A stretch of DNA of 64,000 nt from an uncultured Gemmatimonadales bacterium (GTDB lineage: Bacteria > Gemmatimonadota > Gemmatimonadetes > Longimicrobiales > RSA9), in assembly GCA_963783305.1 (NCBI GenBank), contig CAWAMW010000017.1, positions 256,001 to 320,000 of the forward strand. The letters are read 5' to 3'. Positions 1-8,536 of the stretch are shown piece after piece; the stretch's first letter is position 1, and every line of letters starts with the position of its first letter. Made by a program: the position numbers and the translations under genes. The notes below the pieces were generated by a model. It did not search any database, was not told where the DNA came from, and worked only from the letters and a program-made list of their open reading frames with translations.

Positions 1-29
1 ACCACCGCCACCGTCCTGATCTCACTCAC
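1..29 (-). CDS. 5' fragment of a gene running off the left edge (MSEIRTVAVV...), possibly a Rossmann-fold 3-hydroxyacyl-CoA dehydrogenase
   Basis: GTG at 29 with an AAGGGGG SD-like tract upstream; 'IRTVAVV' resembles the first beta-strand of a Rossmann fold; thiolase nearby. Only 10 codons visible. Confidence 0.3.
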
Positions 30-131
30 GCACGTCCCCCTTGGTACGGTTCCGCTCCGTTCGTCCTGGCGAATATGGTCGCTGCGGCGAGGGGCGGGCA
101 ACCCGGGCGAGGCGGGGCGCCATGGAGAACG

Positions 132-1013
132 CTACCGGGGCCGAAGCGTATCGGCGATCCTGGACCGCAGGCCGCGAAGCCAGGGTGCCGGTGGCGGATC
201 GAGCCTGCCACCGCCCTCTAGGCGGTCCAGCAGCGCCGCGATTTCCATCCGGGCGCTGTCAACGCGAGTCCTGAAACGAGACCGGGCGACGGCCATCCCG
301 CCGGCGACGCTGGCCCCGAGCGCCCCGGCGCCGGCCACGAGTCCCGCGGCGTAGGCGGCGGTATCGCCGGCGATGTCGAAGAAGATGTGGCCCACGGGGA
401 AGAAGGCGCCCGCGGCCAGGGGCAGGCCCAGGAGCGCACCGCCCACAATGCCGGAGGTCAGCGCCTTTCGACGTTGCGGCTCGATGTCCAGTTCCAGTCG
501 GACATGGCTTTCCGCGCCGGGCAGGGGTCGCGCCTCCACGAGCACTCGCCGGGAGCGTGCGATCTGCCACTGCCGCTGCGGGCGTCGGACCGCGCGAGCC
601 ACGTTGGAGATGGCGTCATCAGCCGGACTGAAGGAGGCGCGCCCCCCCTGCCGGCGAAGGATCTGCAGGAACTCGCGCGTGATCAGATAGTCTTCGAGCC
701 GGTCGACCACGCCGTCCGGCTCTCCGGGGGTTACACGGGTCCCGACCACGGTGGGTGGACCGTACCAGCGGTCCACCCAGCCGCCCACTTCGGAGCCGGT
801 CCGGGGAAGCTCGTACAGCGCTTGTCGAACGTGCCGCCCCGGCAGACCGAGCTCGTCGGCGATCCGGAGCACCTCCGACTCCGACAGCCGCTCGTCCGAG
901 TCCGTCTCCGCCGTGTAGAGCTCGGCCGCCCTCCGGATCACCAGCTGGAGCTCCTCCCGGCTGATGCCCCGCGCCTCCGTGGTCAGATCGGAAGGGGAGG
1001 GATCTTCGGCCAT
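132..1013 (-). CDS. hypothetical membrane protein (293 aa)
   Basis: Natural composition; N-terminal helical 'ELQLVIRRAAEL...LSESEVLRIADELGL'; two C-terminal Gly/Ala-rich hydrophobic segments; 8 bp after the SPFH gene. Confidence 0.75.
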   Translation of the reverse strand: MAEDPSPSDLTTEARGISREELQLVIRRAAELYTAETDSDERLSESEVLRIADELGLPGRHVRQALYELPRTGSEVGGWVDRWYGPPTVVGTRVTPGEPDGVVDRLEDYLITREFLQILRRQGGRASFSPADDAISNVARAVRRPQRQWQIARSRRVLVEARPLPGAESHVRLELDIEPQRRKALTSGIVGGALLGLPLAAGAFFPVGHIFFDIAGDTAAYAAGLVAGAGALGASVAGGMAVARSRFRTRVDSARMEIAALLDRLEGGGRLDPPPAPWLRGLRSRIADTLRPR

Positions 1014-1021
1014 TTATGCGC

Positions 1022-1969
1022 CTACGGCTCCCGCTTGGGGGCCGGCTCGCTGTGGAGGTCATGGGCTGCGCCGCCGGCGGCCACGGCCGGACGCGACGCC
1101 GGCAGCGTCCGCGGTGCGTGCTCGGTCGGCCCCGCCAGCTGAGCGTCACCGGCATCGTCGCCGGTCTCGTCGTTCCCGCTGGGACCGCTCTGCTCGCCCG
1201 CCAGCGGTTCGAGGACCCGGGCCGCTTTCTCGATCATGGGACGGAAGAGGTCGATGGGGATCGGGAACAGCGTCGTAGAATTGTTCTCCGCGGCGATCTC
1301 CGTCACGGTCTGAAGGAAGCGGAGCGAGATCGAGGCGGGCTGCTGTGACATGATGCCAGCGGCCTCCGCGAGCTGCTTCGAGGCCTGGAGCTCACCGGTC
1401 GCGTTGATGACCTTCGCCCGCCGTTCGCGCTCCGCCTCAGCCTGGCGGGCCATGGCCCGCTTCATTTCCTGCGGCAGGTCGATATCCTTCACTTCCACGG
1501 CCGAGACATCGATGCCCCAGGTGTCGGTCCCCTCGTCGATATGGTCCCGCAGGATCTTGTTGATCCGCTCGCGCTCCGCCAGCAGCTCGTCGAGCTCCGC
1601 CTGCCCCACCACGCTGCGGAGGGTGGTCTGCGCAAGCTGACTCGTGGCGAAGAGGTAGTCCTCGATCTCCACAATGGCCTTCACCGGGTCGCTGACACGG
1701 AAATAGACCACCGCGTTCACCTTCACCGACACGTTATCGCGGGTGATCACGTCCTGGGGCGGGATGTCCATGGCCACGATCCGGAGCGGTACTTTCACCA
1801 TCCGTTCCAGGTTGAACGGCCAGAGGACGATCAGCCCGGGCCCCTTGGGTGCCCGAAGTCGACCGAGGCGGAAAACCACCGCGCGCTCGTACTCCCGCAG
1901 TATGCGGATCATCGTGGCGCCAACGCCGATCACCGCCGCCAGCACGCCCAGCAGGATTGTGGTCATCAT
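1022..1969 (-). CDS. SPFH/band 7 (stomatin-like, slipin) protein
   Basis: '[12 protein letters not shown]', '[25 protein letters not shown]', '[10 protein letters not shown]', '[13 protein letters not shown]'; GGAGG SD. Confidence 0.95.
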   Translation of the reverse strand: MMTTILLGVLAAVIGVGATMIRILREYERAVVFRLGRLRAPKGPGLIVLWPFNLERMVKVPLRIVAMDIPPQDVITRDNVSVKVNAVVYFRVSDPVKAIVEIEDYLFATSQLAQTTLRSVVGQAELDELLAERERINKILRDHIDEGTDTWGIDVSAVEVKDIDLPQEMKRAMARQAEAERERRAKVINATGELQASKQLAEAAGIMSQQPASISLRFLQTVTEIAAENNSTTLFPIPIDLFRPMIEKAARVLEPLAGEQSGPSGNDETGDDAGDAQLAGPTEHAPRTLPASRPAVAAGGAAHDLHSEPAPKREP

Positions 1970-1987
1970 CCGGACCTCCCCTTGGTG

Positions 1988-3196
1988 TCAGTCCACAGCT
2001 TCCACCACTACAGCCATCCCCTGTCCGCCTCCGATGCACGCCGAGCCCAGCGCGTACCGTCCACCGCGGCGACGAAGCTCATGGATCAGGTGCACGGTGA
2101 TGCGCGCACCGGACGCGCCCAGCGGGTGCGTCAGGGCAATGGCGCCGCCGTTCACGTTCGTCTTCTCCATGTCGAGCCCCAGCTCCTTCGCCACCGCCGC
2201 GACCTGCGGCGCGAATGCCTCGTTCACCTCGATGAGGTCCATGTCGTCCAGATCCAGTCCGGCCGCCGCGAGCGCCTTCCGACTCGCCGGGGCCGGACCA
2301 ATGCCCATGATCCGGGGGTCCACACCGGCCACGCCCCAGGAGACCAGCCGCGCGAGCGGCCGGAGTCCCTTCTTCTCCGCCCATTCAGCGCTCGCGATCA
2401 CGGTGGCCGCGGCGCCGTCACCGATCCCGCTGGCGTTCCCCGCCGTCACGAGCCCGTCCTTCTTGAAGTATGGACGGAGACCCCCGAGCGCTTCCATGGT
2501 CGTGTCCGACCGGATGTGCTCGTCCTTCCGGAACTCCCGCTCCCCCTTCTTCGTCCGGATGGTCATGGGGATCACCTCGGCGTCGAACCGCCCTTCCTCC
2601 CACGCGCGTTTGGCTCGCTGCTGCGACTCGTACGCGATACGGTCCACCGCCTCCCGTTCGATCTCGTACCGCCCCGCCAGCTCCTCCGCCGTCTGGGCCA
2701 TGGACATCCCGCACTGCGTGTCCGTCAGGGCCTGCCAGAGCAGGTCTTCGAAGAAGCCGCCCGCCTCGCCCAGCCGGAGCGAGCCCCAGCGGGCCCCACG
2801 CACCACGTGCGGCGCCTGGCTCATGGACTCCGTGCCCCCCGCCAGACAGACGTCCGCCTGTCCAAGGATGATCTCCTGCGCGGCGCTCACGATCGCCTGG
2901 AACCCCGACCCGCACAGCCGGTTCACCGTCAGCGCCGGCACCTCGTTCGCCAACCCCGCCTGCAGCCCCACGTGCCGGGCCAGGTAGATGGCGTCCGCGG
3001 ATGTCTGGAGCGCATTGCCGAAGACCACGTGCCCGATATCCGCCGTATCCACGTGGGATTCCTCGATCGCCGAGCGCGCAGCCTCGGCACCCAGCTGCGT
3101 CGCGCTGAAGTCCTTGAGCGTCCCGCCGAATGTGCCGAACGGCGTGCGACGTCCGGAGAGGAAGACGATATCCGTGCCCTGTCCCTGAGTACCCAT
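1988..3196 (-). CDS. acetyl-CoA C-acyltransferase (thiolase)
   Basis: 'NRLCGSG' catalytic Cys, 'NEAF', 'GGAIALTHPLGASG', 'SACIGGGQG'. Confidence 0.97.
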   Translation of the reverse strand: MGTQGQGTDIVFLSGRRTPFGTFGGTLKDFSATQLGAEAARSAIEESHVDTADIGHVVFGNALQTSADAIYLARHVGLQAGLANEVPALTVNRLCGSGFQAIVSAAQEIILGQADVCLAGGTESMSQAPHVVRGARWGSLRLGEAGGFFEDLLWQALTDTQCGMSMAQTAEELAGRYEIEREAVDRIAYESQQRAKRAWEEGRFDAEVIPMTIRTKKGEREFRKDEHIRSDTTMEALGGLRPYFKKDGLVTAGNASGIGDGAAATVIASAEWAEKKGLRPLARLVSWGVAGVDPRIMGIGPAPASRKALAAAGLDLDDMDLIEVNEAFAPQVAAVAKELGLDMEKTNVNGGAIALTHPLGASGARITVHLIHELRRRGGRYALGSACIGGGQGMAVVVEAVD

Positions 3197-3298
3197 GAGT
3201 TTCCTGGCTGCGGTGAATGGACGTGAGGGTGCCCCGAATCTCTGCGGTAAAACTACCGGCCGCGGGGTGTTTGGACTACGGGGGGGGTGGCGTTCGGG

Positions 3299-4348
3299 CT
3301 ATCCACGGACGCGGCGAGCGAGCCAGTCGCCGGCGGCTTCGGTGCCGAGGGTGCCGCCGATATCCGCGGTGGTGGCGCCCTCCCGAAGCGCGGCGTCCAC
3401 CGCCGCCTCGATGCGGCGCGCGGCTTCGTCGTGTCCGAGGTGGTCGAGCATGAGGGCCACGGTGAGGACGGCGGCGATCGGATTGGCACGATCCTGCCCA
3501 GCGATGTCGGGGGCGGACCCGTGGACGGGCTCGAACAGCCCGATGCGACCGGGGTGCAGGTTGGCGGAAGGAGCGAGCCCGAGGCCGCCGACGAGCCCGG
3601 CGGCGAGGTCGCTGATGATGTCGCCGAAGAGATTGGACGCGACGATGACCTGATAGCGGCCCGGGTGGAGCACCATGTCCATGGCCAGAGCGTCCACGTA
3701 CATGGCGTTCCGCTGAACGCCCGGGAACTCGGCGGCCACGTCCGCGAAGGTCCGGCGCCAGAGCTGTCCCGCATTGCGCATGGCATTGGACTTGTCGGCC
3801 AGCGTGACGCGGAGATTGTGGAGGGCGGCGTGCTCGAACGCGGCGCGGATGATTCGCTCGACGCCCTTGCGAGTATTGACGTCCTCCTCGATGGCGATTT
3901 CGTCCGGAGTGCCGCGCTTGAAGACTCCGCCCAGGCCGACGTAGGCCCCCTCCGTGTTCTCCCGGAAGATCACCATGTCGAGGTCCGCCGGCTCCACATC
4001 GCTGAGCGGGGAGCCGCCGGCCATCAGCAGGCGGACGGGCCGGAGGTTCACGTAGAGATCGAGCCGGAACCGGAGACCGAGGAGGATATCGCGGGCGTGC
4101 TCGTTACCCGGAACCCGCGGGTCGCCGAGGGCGCCGAGGAAGAGCGCATCGTAGTCCTGGCGGAGGGTTTCGAACTCCTCGTCGGTGATCGTGACCCCCG
4201 TCTCGATGTACCGGTCCGCGCCGAGCTCCCACTCCACGAGCTCGAGGTCGAGGCCGAAGGCGTCGTCGAGCACGCGCAGGACCTTCACGGCCTGAGCCGT
4301 GACCTCCCTGCCGATCCCATCCCCGGGAATGACCGCGATCCGTGCCAC
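3299..4348 (-). CDS. leuB: isocitrate/isopropylmalate dehydrogenase family protein (LeuB-like; substrate not certain)
   Basis: 'IPGDGIG', 'NLRP', 'RENTEG', 'DKSN', 'NLFGDIISD', 'FEPVHGSAPDIAG'; no other leu genes adjacent. Confidence 0.8.
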   Translation of the reverse strand: MARIAVIPGDGIGREVTAQAVKVLRVLDDAFGLDLELVEWELGADRYIETGVTITDEEFETLRQDYDALFLGALGDPRVPGNEHARDILLGLRFRLDLYVNLRPVRLLMAGGSPLSDVEPADLDMVIFRENTEGAYVGLGGVFKRGTPDEIAIEEDVNTRKGVERIIRAAFEHAALHNLRVTLADKSNAMRNAGQLWRRTFADVAAEFPGVQRNAMYVDALAMDMVLHPGRYQVIVASNLFGDIISDLAAGLVGGLGLAPSANLHPGRIGLFEPVHGSAPDIAGQDRANPIAAVLTVALMLDHLGHDEAARRIEAAVDAALREGATTADIGGTLGTEAAGDWLARRVRG

Positions 4349-4350
4349 CT

Positions 4351-4827
4351 TCAGCCCCCGTCTCGATCCCCCGCCACCACCACCTCGCCCGCGGCGTCAT
4401 GGGAGCGGCAGTAGAACGGGTAGCGTCCGGGCGGCGCGTTCTCCAGCAGGACCACCCACCTCGACCCTTCGTTCACCAGCGGCGGTCCACGCAGCTGTTC
4501 CGTCCGCTCCAGGTACTCGCGCACGGGGGCGGCAAGCGATTCCGAGGTGAACGTCACCGCGTGTGGCCGCCGGTCGTCCACCACGAATACGAGGGCATCC
4601 CCGGGCTCGGCCTGGATCATGGCCGGCGTGATGGAATCGGCGGCACCGGCACCCGAAAGGTGGATCTCGTGGACGGTACCCTCGATGGAGATCTCGGTGC
4701 TGTCCAGGGCGATGGTGTCACCCCCACCCACCGCCTCACAGCCACCCGCCGCAAGGGCGGGGATCAGCGCGAAAAGGAGAGCGCCGGAGCGTCTCCAATG
4801 ACGCCCCGGCGCTGGATCTCGGTACAA
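4351..4827 (-). CDS. cupredoxin (plastocyanin/azurin-like) lipoprotein
   Basis: Lipobox-like 'LAAGGC'; 'PGD', 'PHAVTF', 'PGRYPFYCRSH'; start codon uncertain. Confidence 0.75.
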   Translation of the reverse strand: MYRDPAPGRHWRRSGALLFALIPALAAGGCEAVGGGDTIALDSTEISIEGTVHEIHLSGAGAADSITPAMIQAEPGDALVFVVDDRRPHAVTFTSESLAAPVREYLERTEQLRGPPLVNEGSRWVVLLENAPPGRYPFYCRSHDAAGEVVVAGDRDGG

Positions 4828-4832
4828 GGGGA

Positions 4833-5294
4833 TCAGCCCTCGCCGATGCCGACCACGTAGGCCGCAAGCGCCTGCACCTGCTCGTCACTCAGGTTCGCGC
4901 CACCCATCGGCGGCATCGGGCCCGGATGCTCCTGCGGCTGCGGGACGCCGGTGTGGATGAGCTGCGTGATCTCGTCGTAGTTCCGGCCGGAGACGTTGAT
5001 CCACACATCGTCCGTGAGATCCGGGGCCAGCTGGGTCCCCTTGGCCTGCGGTCCGTGGCAGGCGTGGCACGCGCCCTGACCTGTGAAGAGCTGCTGACCC
5101 TGCTGGAACTGCTCCTGCGTCACGCCCTCCGGAAGATTCGCGGCCATGGCGCCGGGCTCCTGAGCCGGACTCTCGAGGCCGGTGTCGGTAGCCGGCTGCT
5201 CCGGAGCTTCGTCGGCCGTATCCCCGCCGCACGCGGTCATTCCCATTGCCGCGACGGTCGCAAACGCGAGTACTTTCCACTGCCTGACGCGCAT
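4833..5294 (-). CDS. monoheme cytochrome c lipoprotein
   Basis: Lipobox 'MTAC', heme motif 'CHACH', 'APDL', candidate axial Met in 'MPPMGG'; GGAGGA SD. Confidence 0.93.
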   Translation of the reverse strand: MRVRQWKVLAFATVAAMGMTACGGDTADEAPEQPATDTGLESPAQEPGAMAANLPEGVTQEQFQQGQQLFTGQGACHACHGPQAKGTQLAPDLTDDVWINVSGRNYDEITQLIHTGVPQPQEHPGPMPPMGGANLSDEQVQALAAYVVGIGEG

Positions 5295-5444
5295 AATCGT
5301 AGTTCCTCCTCGGAGATTGTCAGCACCGGGGGATGGTTCCCCCGGGAATGCCCATTCGAACGAGTGCGGCGAACATAGAGCGGGCCAGAAACCCGGTCAA
5401 GCAGCCAGCGGGTATCCCGGATGCAAGGGGCGAACCAGATGCTC

Positions 5445-6308
5445 TCACCCCGCGCTGGCGTCGTGACCACAGCTGATGCAGTACCGCCACTCCCGCTCCA
5501 GCACCGCCTGGCAGCGCGGACACGGCTGGAGCCGCTGGTCGCCCCCGCAGTGAGGACAGAATGAGACTCGCCGGCCGGAGGGCAGCCGTTCCGAACAGAA
5601 GACGCACACGCCGTCCGCGTGCGTGAGTGGCTCCGATGGGCTCTTTTCCGGCGCCGACTGGTGCAGCGACTCGGGCACACGCGCGAGCGCCTCGCTCGCT
5701 TCCCCACTACCACGGAGCCGCACGGGCTCCGCCTCCGCCATCAGCCGATCGGGAGCGGGGCCGGGAACATCGGCCGACGGCGACCGCAGCGGCGGGTGGA
5801 AGGTCGGGGGCGGATCCGGCTGTAGCGGCGGCACCAACCCGGCCGCTGCCGGTGTTCCACGCTCGGCGAGCCGTTCCGCCTCGGACGGTGCGTTCGACGC
5901 CGCGGACGGCTCCACGTCCGACTCCACGTCCGACTCCACGTCCGACTCCACGTCCGACTCCACGTCCCCCTCGTGCTCCTGCTCGGGCAGCTGCACCCAG
6001 ACCTCGGAGGAGGAGAACTTCCGAAAGAGGCCGACCAGGGGGTAGGGAGCGCTCGCTTCAGTCCGGAGTTCTTCCCGCGCCTGCTTCGGCTCTACCCTCA
6101 GGAGGCCTTTCTCGCCGGCCAGGAGGCGGAGGAGGGCATGCTCGTAGTCGGCGTTCAGCTCCACGCCGAGGGCTGAGCGCACCGTCCGATACGGCACCAC
6201 GGTCTCGTACAGCTCCGACACCCTGAGTGGACGGGTATCCTGGTGTCCGCGCCTCCGCAGCTCACGGACAATCGCGCGGTAGAGTCGGTTTACGATTTCG
6301 TCGGTCAT
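5445..6308 (-). CDS. double zinc-ribbon domain protein
   Basis: Four C-terminal CxxC motifs (CVFC, CPHC, CPRC, CISC); acidic/Pro-rich linker with DVES repeats. Confidence 0.85.
   Translation of the reverse strand: MTDEIVNRLYRAIVRELRRRGHQDTRPLRVSELYETVVPYRTVRSALGVELNADYEHALLRLLAGEKGLLRVEPKQAREELRTEASAPYPLVGLFRKFSSSEVWVQLPEQEHEGDVESDVESDVESDVESDVEPSAASNAPSEAERLAERGTPAAAGLVPPLQPDPPPTFHPPLRSPSADVPGPAPDRLMAEAEPVRLRGSGEASEALARVPESLHQSAPEKSPSEPLTHADGVCVFCSERLPSGRRVSFCPHCGGDQRLQPCPRCQAVLEREWRYCISCGHDASAG
5910..5967. repeat. 12-bp in-frame tandem repeat (CTCCACGTCCGA x about 4.8) encoding DVES
   Basis: Direct reading: four full units and one partial. Confidence 0.95.
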
Positions 6309-6356
6309 TAGGTACAGCGCCTTTCCAGTCCGGAACGGTGGGCCGGCCGCGCCCTA

Positions 6357-7316
6357 TCAGGTGCCGCGCAGCGCAGCCTGTACCTCGGCGGGCGCATTCC
6401 GCAACAGCTCCTCCGCCCGGGGATCTCCCGTGGACCGGAGCGCCCGAATCAGGGCGGCCCAGTTGAGTGGCTCCTCCGGCTCATGTTCCAGCGCCCGCTC
6501 GTACTGCACGATGGCGGTCACCGGCCGGCCGAGATCCATGAAGAGGTGCCCCAGCTCGCGCCTCACGCCCGCATCGTCCGGTGCCCTCTCGACGGCCCGG
6601 CGGAGCACCTCGGCGGCCTCAGCGGGCCGGTCCAGCCGGCGGTAGCTCCGCGCCAGGTACAGCATGGACGTCACATGGCCGGGCTGGTCCTCGAGCACTC
6701 GCTCGAAACCGGCCGCCGCGGAGTCCAGCCGCCCCGCGCGGAACGCCATCAGGGCAGCGTCGTACTCCCGCGCACCGCCCCGCGTCAGGACCCAGGCGGC
6801 TGCCACGACGGTGAACACCGCAAACGACGCCGCCACCCAGCGCATCCAGCGTCCACCGCGCCCAACCGTCGATGGCGTCTGGGGAGGTGGAGCTTCGTCC
6901 ATTGGCTCCGACTTCGGCCCGGCGGGCCCCGGCCCCTGGCCGAAGTCGGTCCGCAGGCGGTCCACGGCGGTGCGCGCCAGATCGGCGTCGGCGGGTCGAG
7001 CGGCGCCGGGCTCGGCGCGGTCGGCGGTCGCCACCAGCTCGTGCACGGCACCGGCGGTCTCCAGCGAGATCAGGTCTCGCGCTCGGAGACTCTGTACGAC
7101 TTCCTCCAGAGAGAGGGTGTCGGGATCAAGAGCCCCCAGGCGGTGGTCGTCGGGGGCGGTGGAATCGGCGCGGAGTCGCGCCCGCACGGATCGCTCCACG
7201 GCATCGGCCACCGCGCGTACGGCGGCCGCGAGCTCCTGCTCGCTGGCGTAGTCACTCAAACGACGGACCTGCTCCGTCACCTGGGTGAGGGGTCGCAGGG
7301 CGGCCGGTTCGGTCAT
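6357..7316 (-). CDS. membrane-anchored tetratricopeptide repeat protein
   Basis: Central TM helix 'WVAASFAVFTVVAAAWVL' followed by TPR-like helix pairs. Confidence 0.85.
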   Translation of the reverse strand: MTEPAALRPLTQVTEQVRRLSDYASEQELAAAVRAVADAVERSVRARLRADSTAPDDHRLGALDPDTLSLEEVVQSLRARDLISLETAGAVHELVATADRAEPGAARPADADLARTAVDRLRTDFGQGPGPAGPKSEPMDEAPPPQTPSTVGRGGRWMRWVAASFAVFTVVAAAWVLTRGGAREYDAALMAFRAGRLDSAAAGFERVLEDQPGHVTSMLYLARSYRRLDRPAEAAEVLRRAVERAPDDAGVRRELGHLFMDLGRPVTAIVQYERALEHEPEEPLNWAALIRALRSTGDPRAEELLRNAPAEVQAALRGT

Positions 7317-7323
7317 GTTCCCG

Positions 7324-8403
7324 TCAGCGCTCGATGTGCAGCAGACCCGCTCGAGCGTGCGCCAGCAGGAATCCCTCCGGGTCGTCCACCGGGACGCCCA
7401 CCCCGATGCGCACGCGTGTGTCCTCGGCCCAGCGGCGCATGAACTGTGCTACGCTCTCATCGGAGCGTCCGGCCTGGTCGCGAAGCTGTCGAACGATGTC
7501 GTTCCAGCTCCCCTCGAACGTGGTGCCGTCCGGGAGGCGAACCCGGTGATACGCGGGCTCACCTCGCGGCGGCGACCCGGCGTTCTTCCAGAACGGACCC
7601 GGCTCCTCCAGCGCCGCCGCCTCGATCTCCGCGAGCATGTCATCGATGGGGTCGATCTCGCCCTCCAGCTCATCCAGGCGGTCTTCCCAGATGATCAGCT
7701 CGGGATCCGACTCCTCGAGTCCGCCAATGGATTTCTTGAGCTCCATCAGGCGCCAGACGGCGAGCGGATCCCAGTGATCCGCAGGGGCGAGCAGAGCGAA
7801 ATTCTCGAGGGCGCCCGCGTACTCGCCGCGATCGTAGAGGAGGTGCCCGAGGTAGATCCGGGCCTCCTGGTGCTGCGGGTTCAACGTGAGCGCCGCGGTC
7901 AACTCACGGATCGCGCCCTCCTCCTCCCCCAGGCGGTGGATCGTGAAGGCGAGGGCGGCGGAAGCGTCGGGATCATCGGGATACTGGTTGGCCGCGGTTT
8001 CGAAGCACTCGCGGGCCTCGTTGAAATGCCCCTCCCGGTAGAGCGCGCGCCCCATGGTCAGCAGGAGCTCCGGGTCGTCGCCGGCGGGGCCGGTGCGCAC
8101 CCTGTCAAAGAGAACGGCCGCCTCCCGATAGCGACCGAAGCGGAGCAGCGTCTCACCGAGCCCGACCATCCCATCGTCGTGCTCGGGGTCGAGGACCAGA
8201 GCGGTCTCGAACGCCTGGCGGGCCCAGGCGAACTCCTCTCGTGCGAGGCGCGTATATCCGAGGCCCACGTGGAGCTCGACGGAGTGGGGGTAGAGCTGGA
8301 GTCCGTCCTTCAGGGTCGCGAGTGCGTTTTCGTAGTCACCACGGTCGTACTGCTTGTGCGCGCGTTCATCATACTCCTCGGAGCTGAGGAACGGGGTCGG
8401 CAT
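7324..8403 (-). CDS. tetratricopeptide repeat protein
   Basis: Repeated 34-aa TPR patterns (e.g. 'ARIYLGHLLYDRGEYAGALENF') plus a small C-terminal domain. Confidence 0.9.
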   Translation of the reverse strand: MPTPFLSSEEYDERAHKQYDRGDYENALATLKDGLQLYPHSVELHVGLGYTRLAREEFAWARQAFETALVLDPEHDDGMVGLGETLLRFGRYREAAVLFDRVRTGPAGDDPELLLTMGRALYREGHFNEARECFETAANQYPDDPDASAALAFTIHRLGEEEGAIRELTAALTLNPQHQEARIYLGHLLYDRGEYAGALENFALLAPADHWDPLAVWRLMELKKSIGGLEESDPELIIWEDRLDELEGEIDPIDDMLAEIEAAALEEPGPFWKNAGSPPRGEPAYHRVRLPDGTTFEGSWNDIVRQLRDQAGRSDESVAQFMRRWAEDTRVRIGVGVPVDDPEGFLLAHARAGLLHIER

Positions 8404-8536
8404 AGGCAGCGCCTCCAGGCCGGTGTGTGGGTGCGGGTCGGGCTGTCAGGAAGGACCGCTACGGCGGTCGTGTCAATCTAACCGGTGGCGGATGCCGATT
8501 CCAGCCCCCTGCCCCGGTCCGCCGTACGGACGCTTT

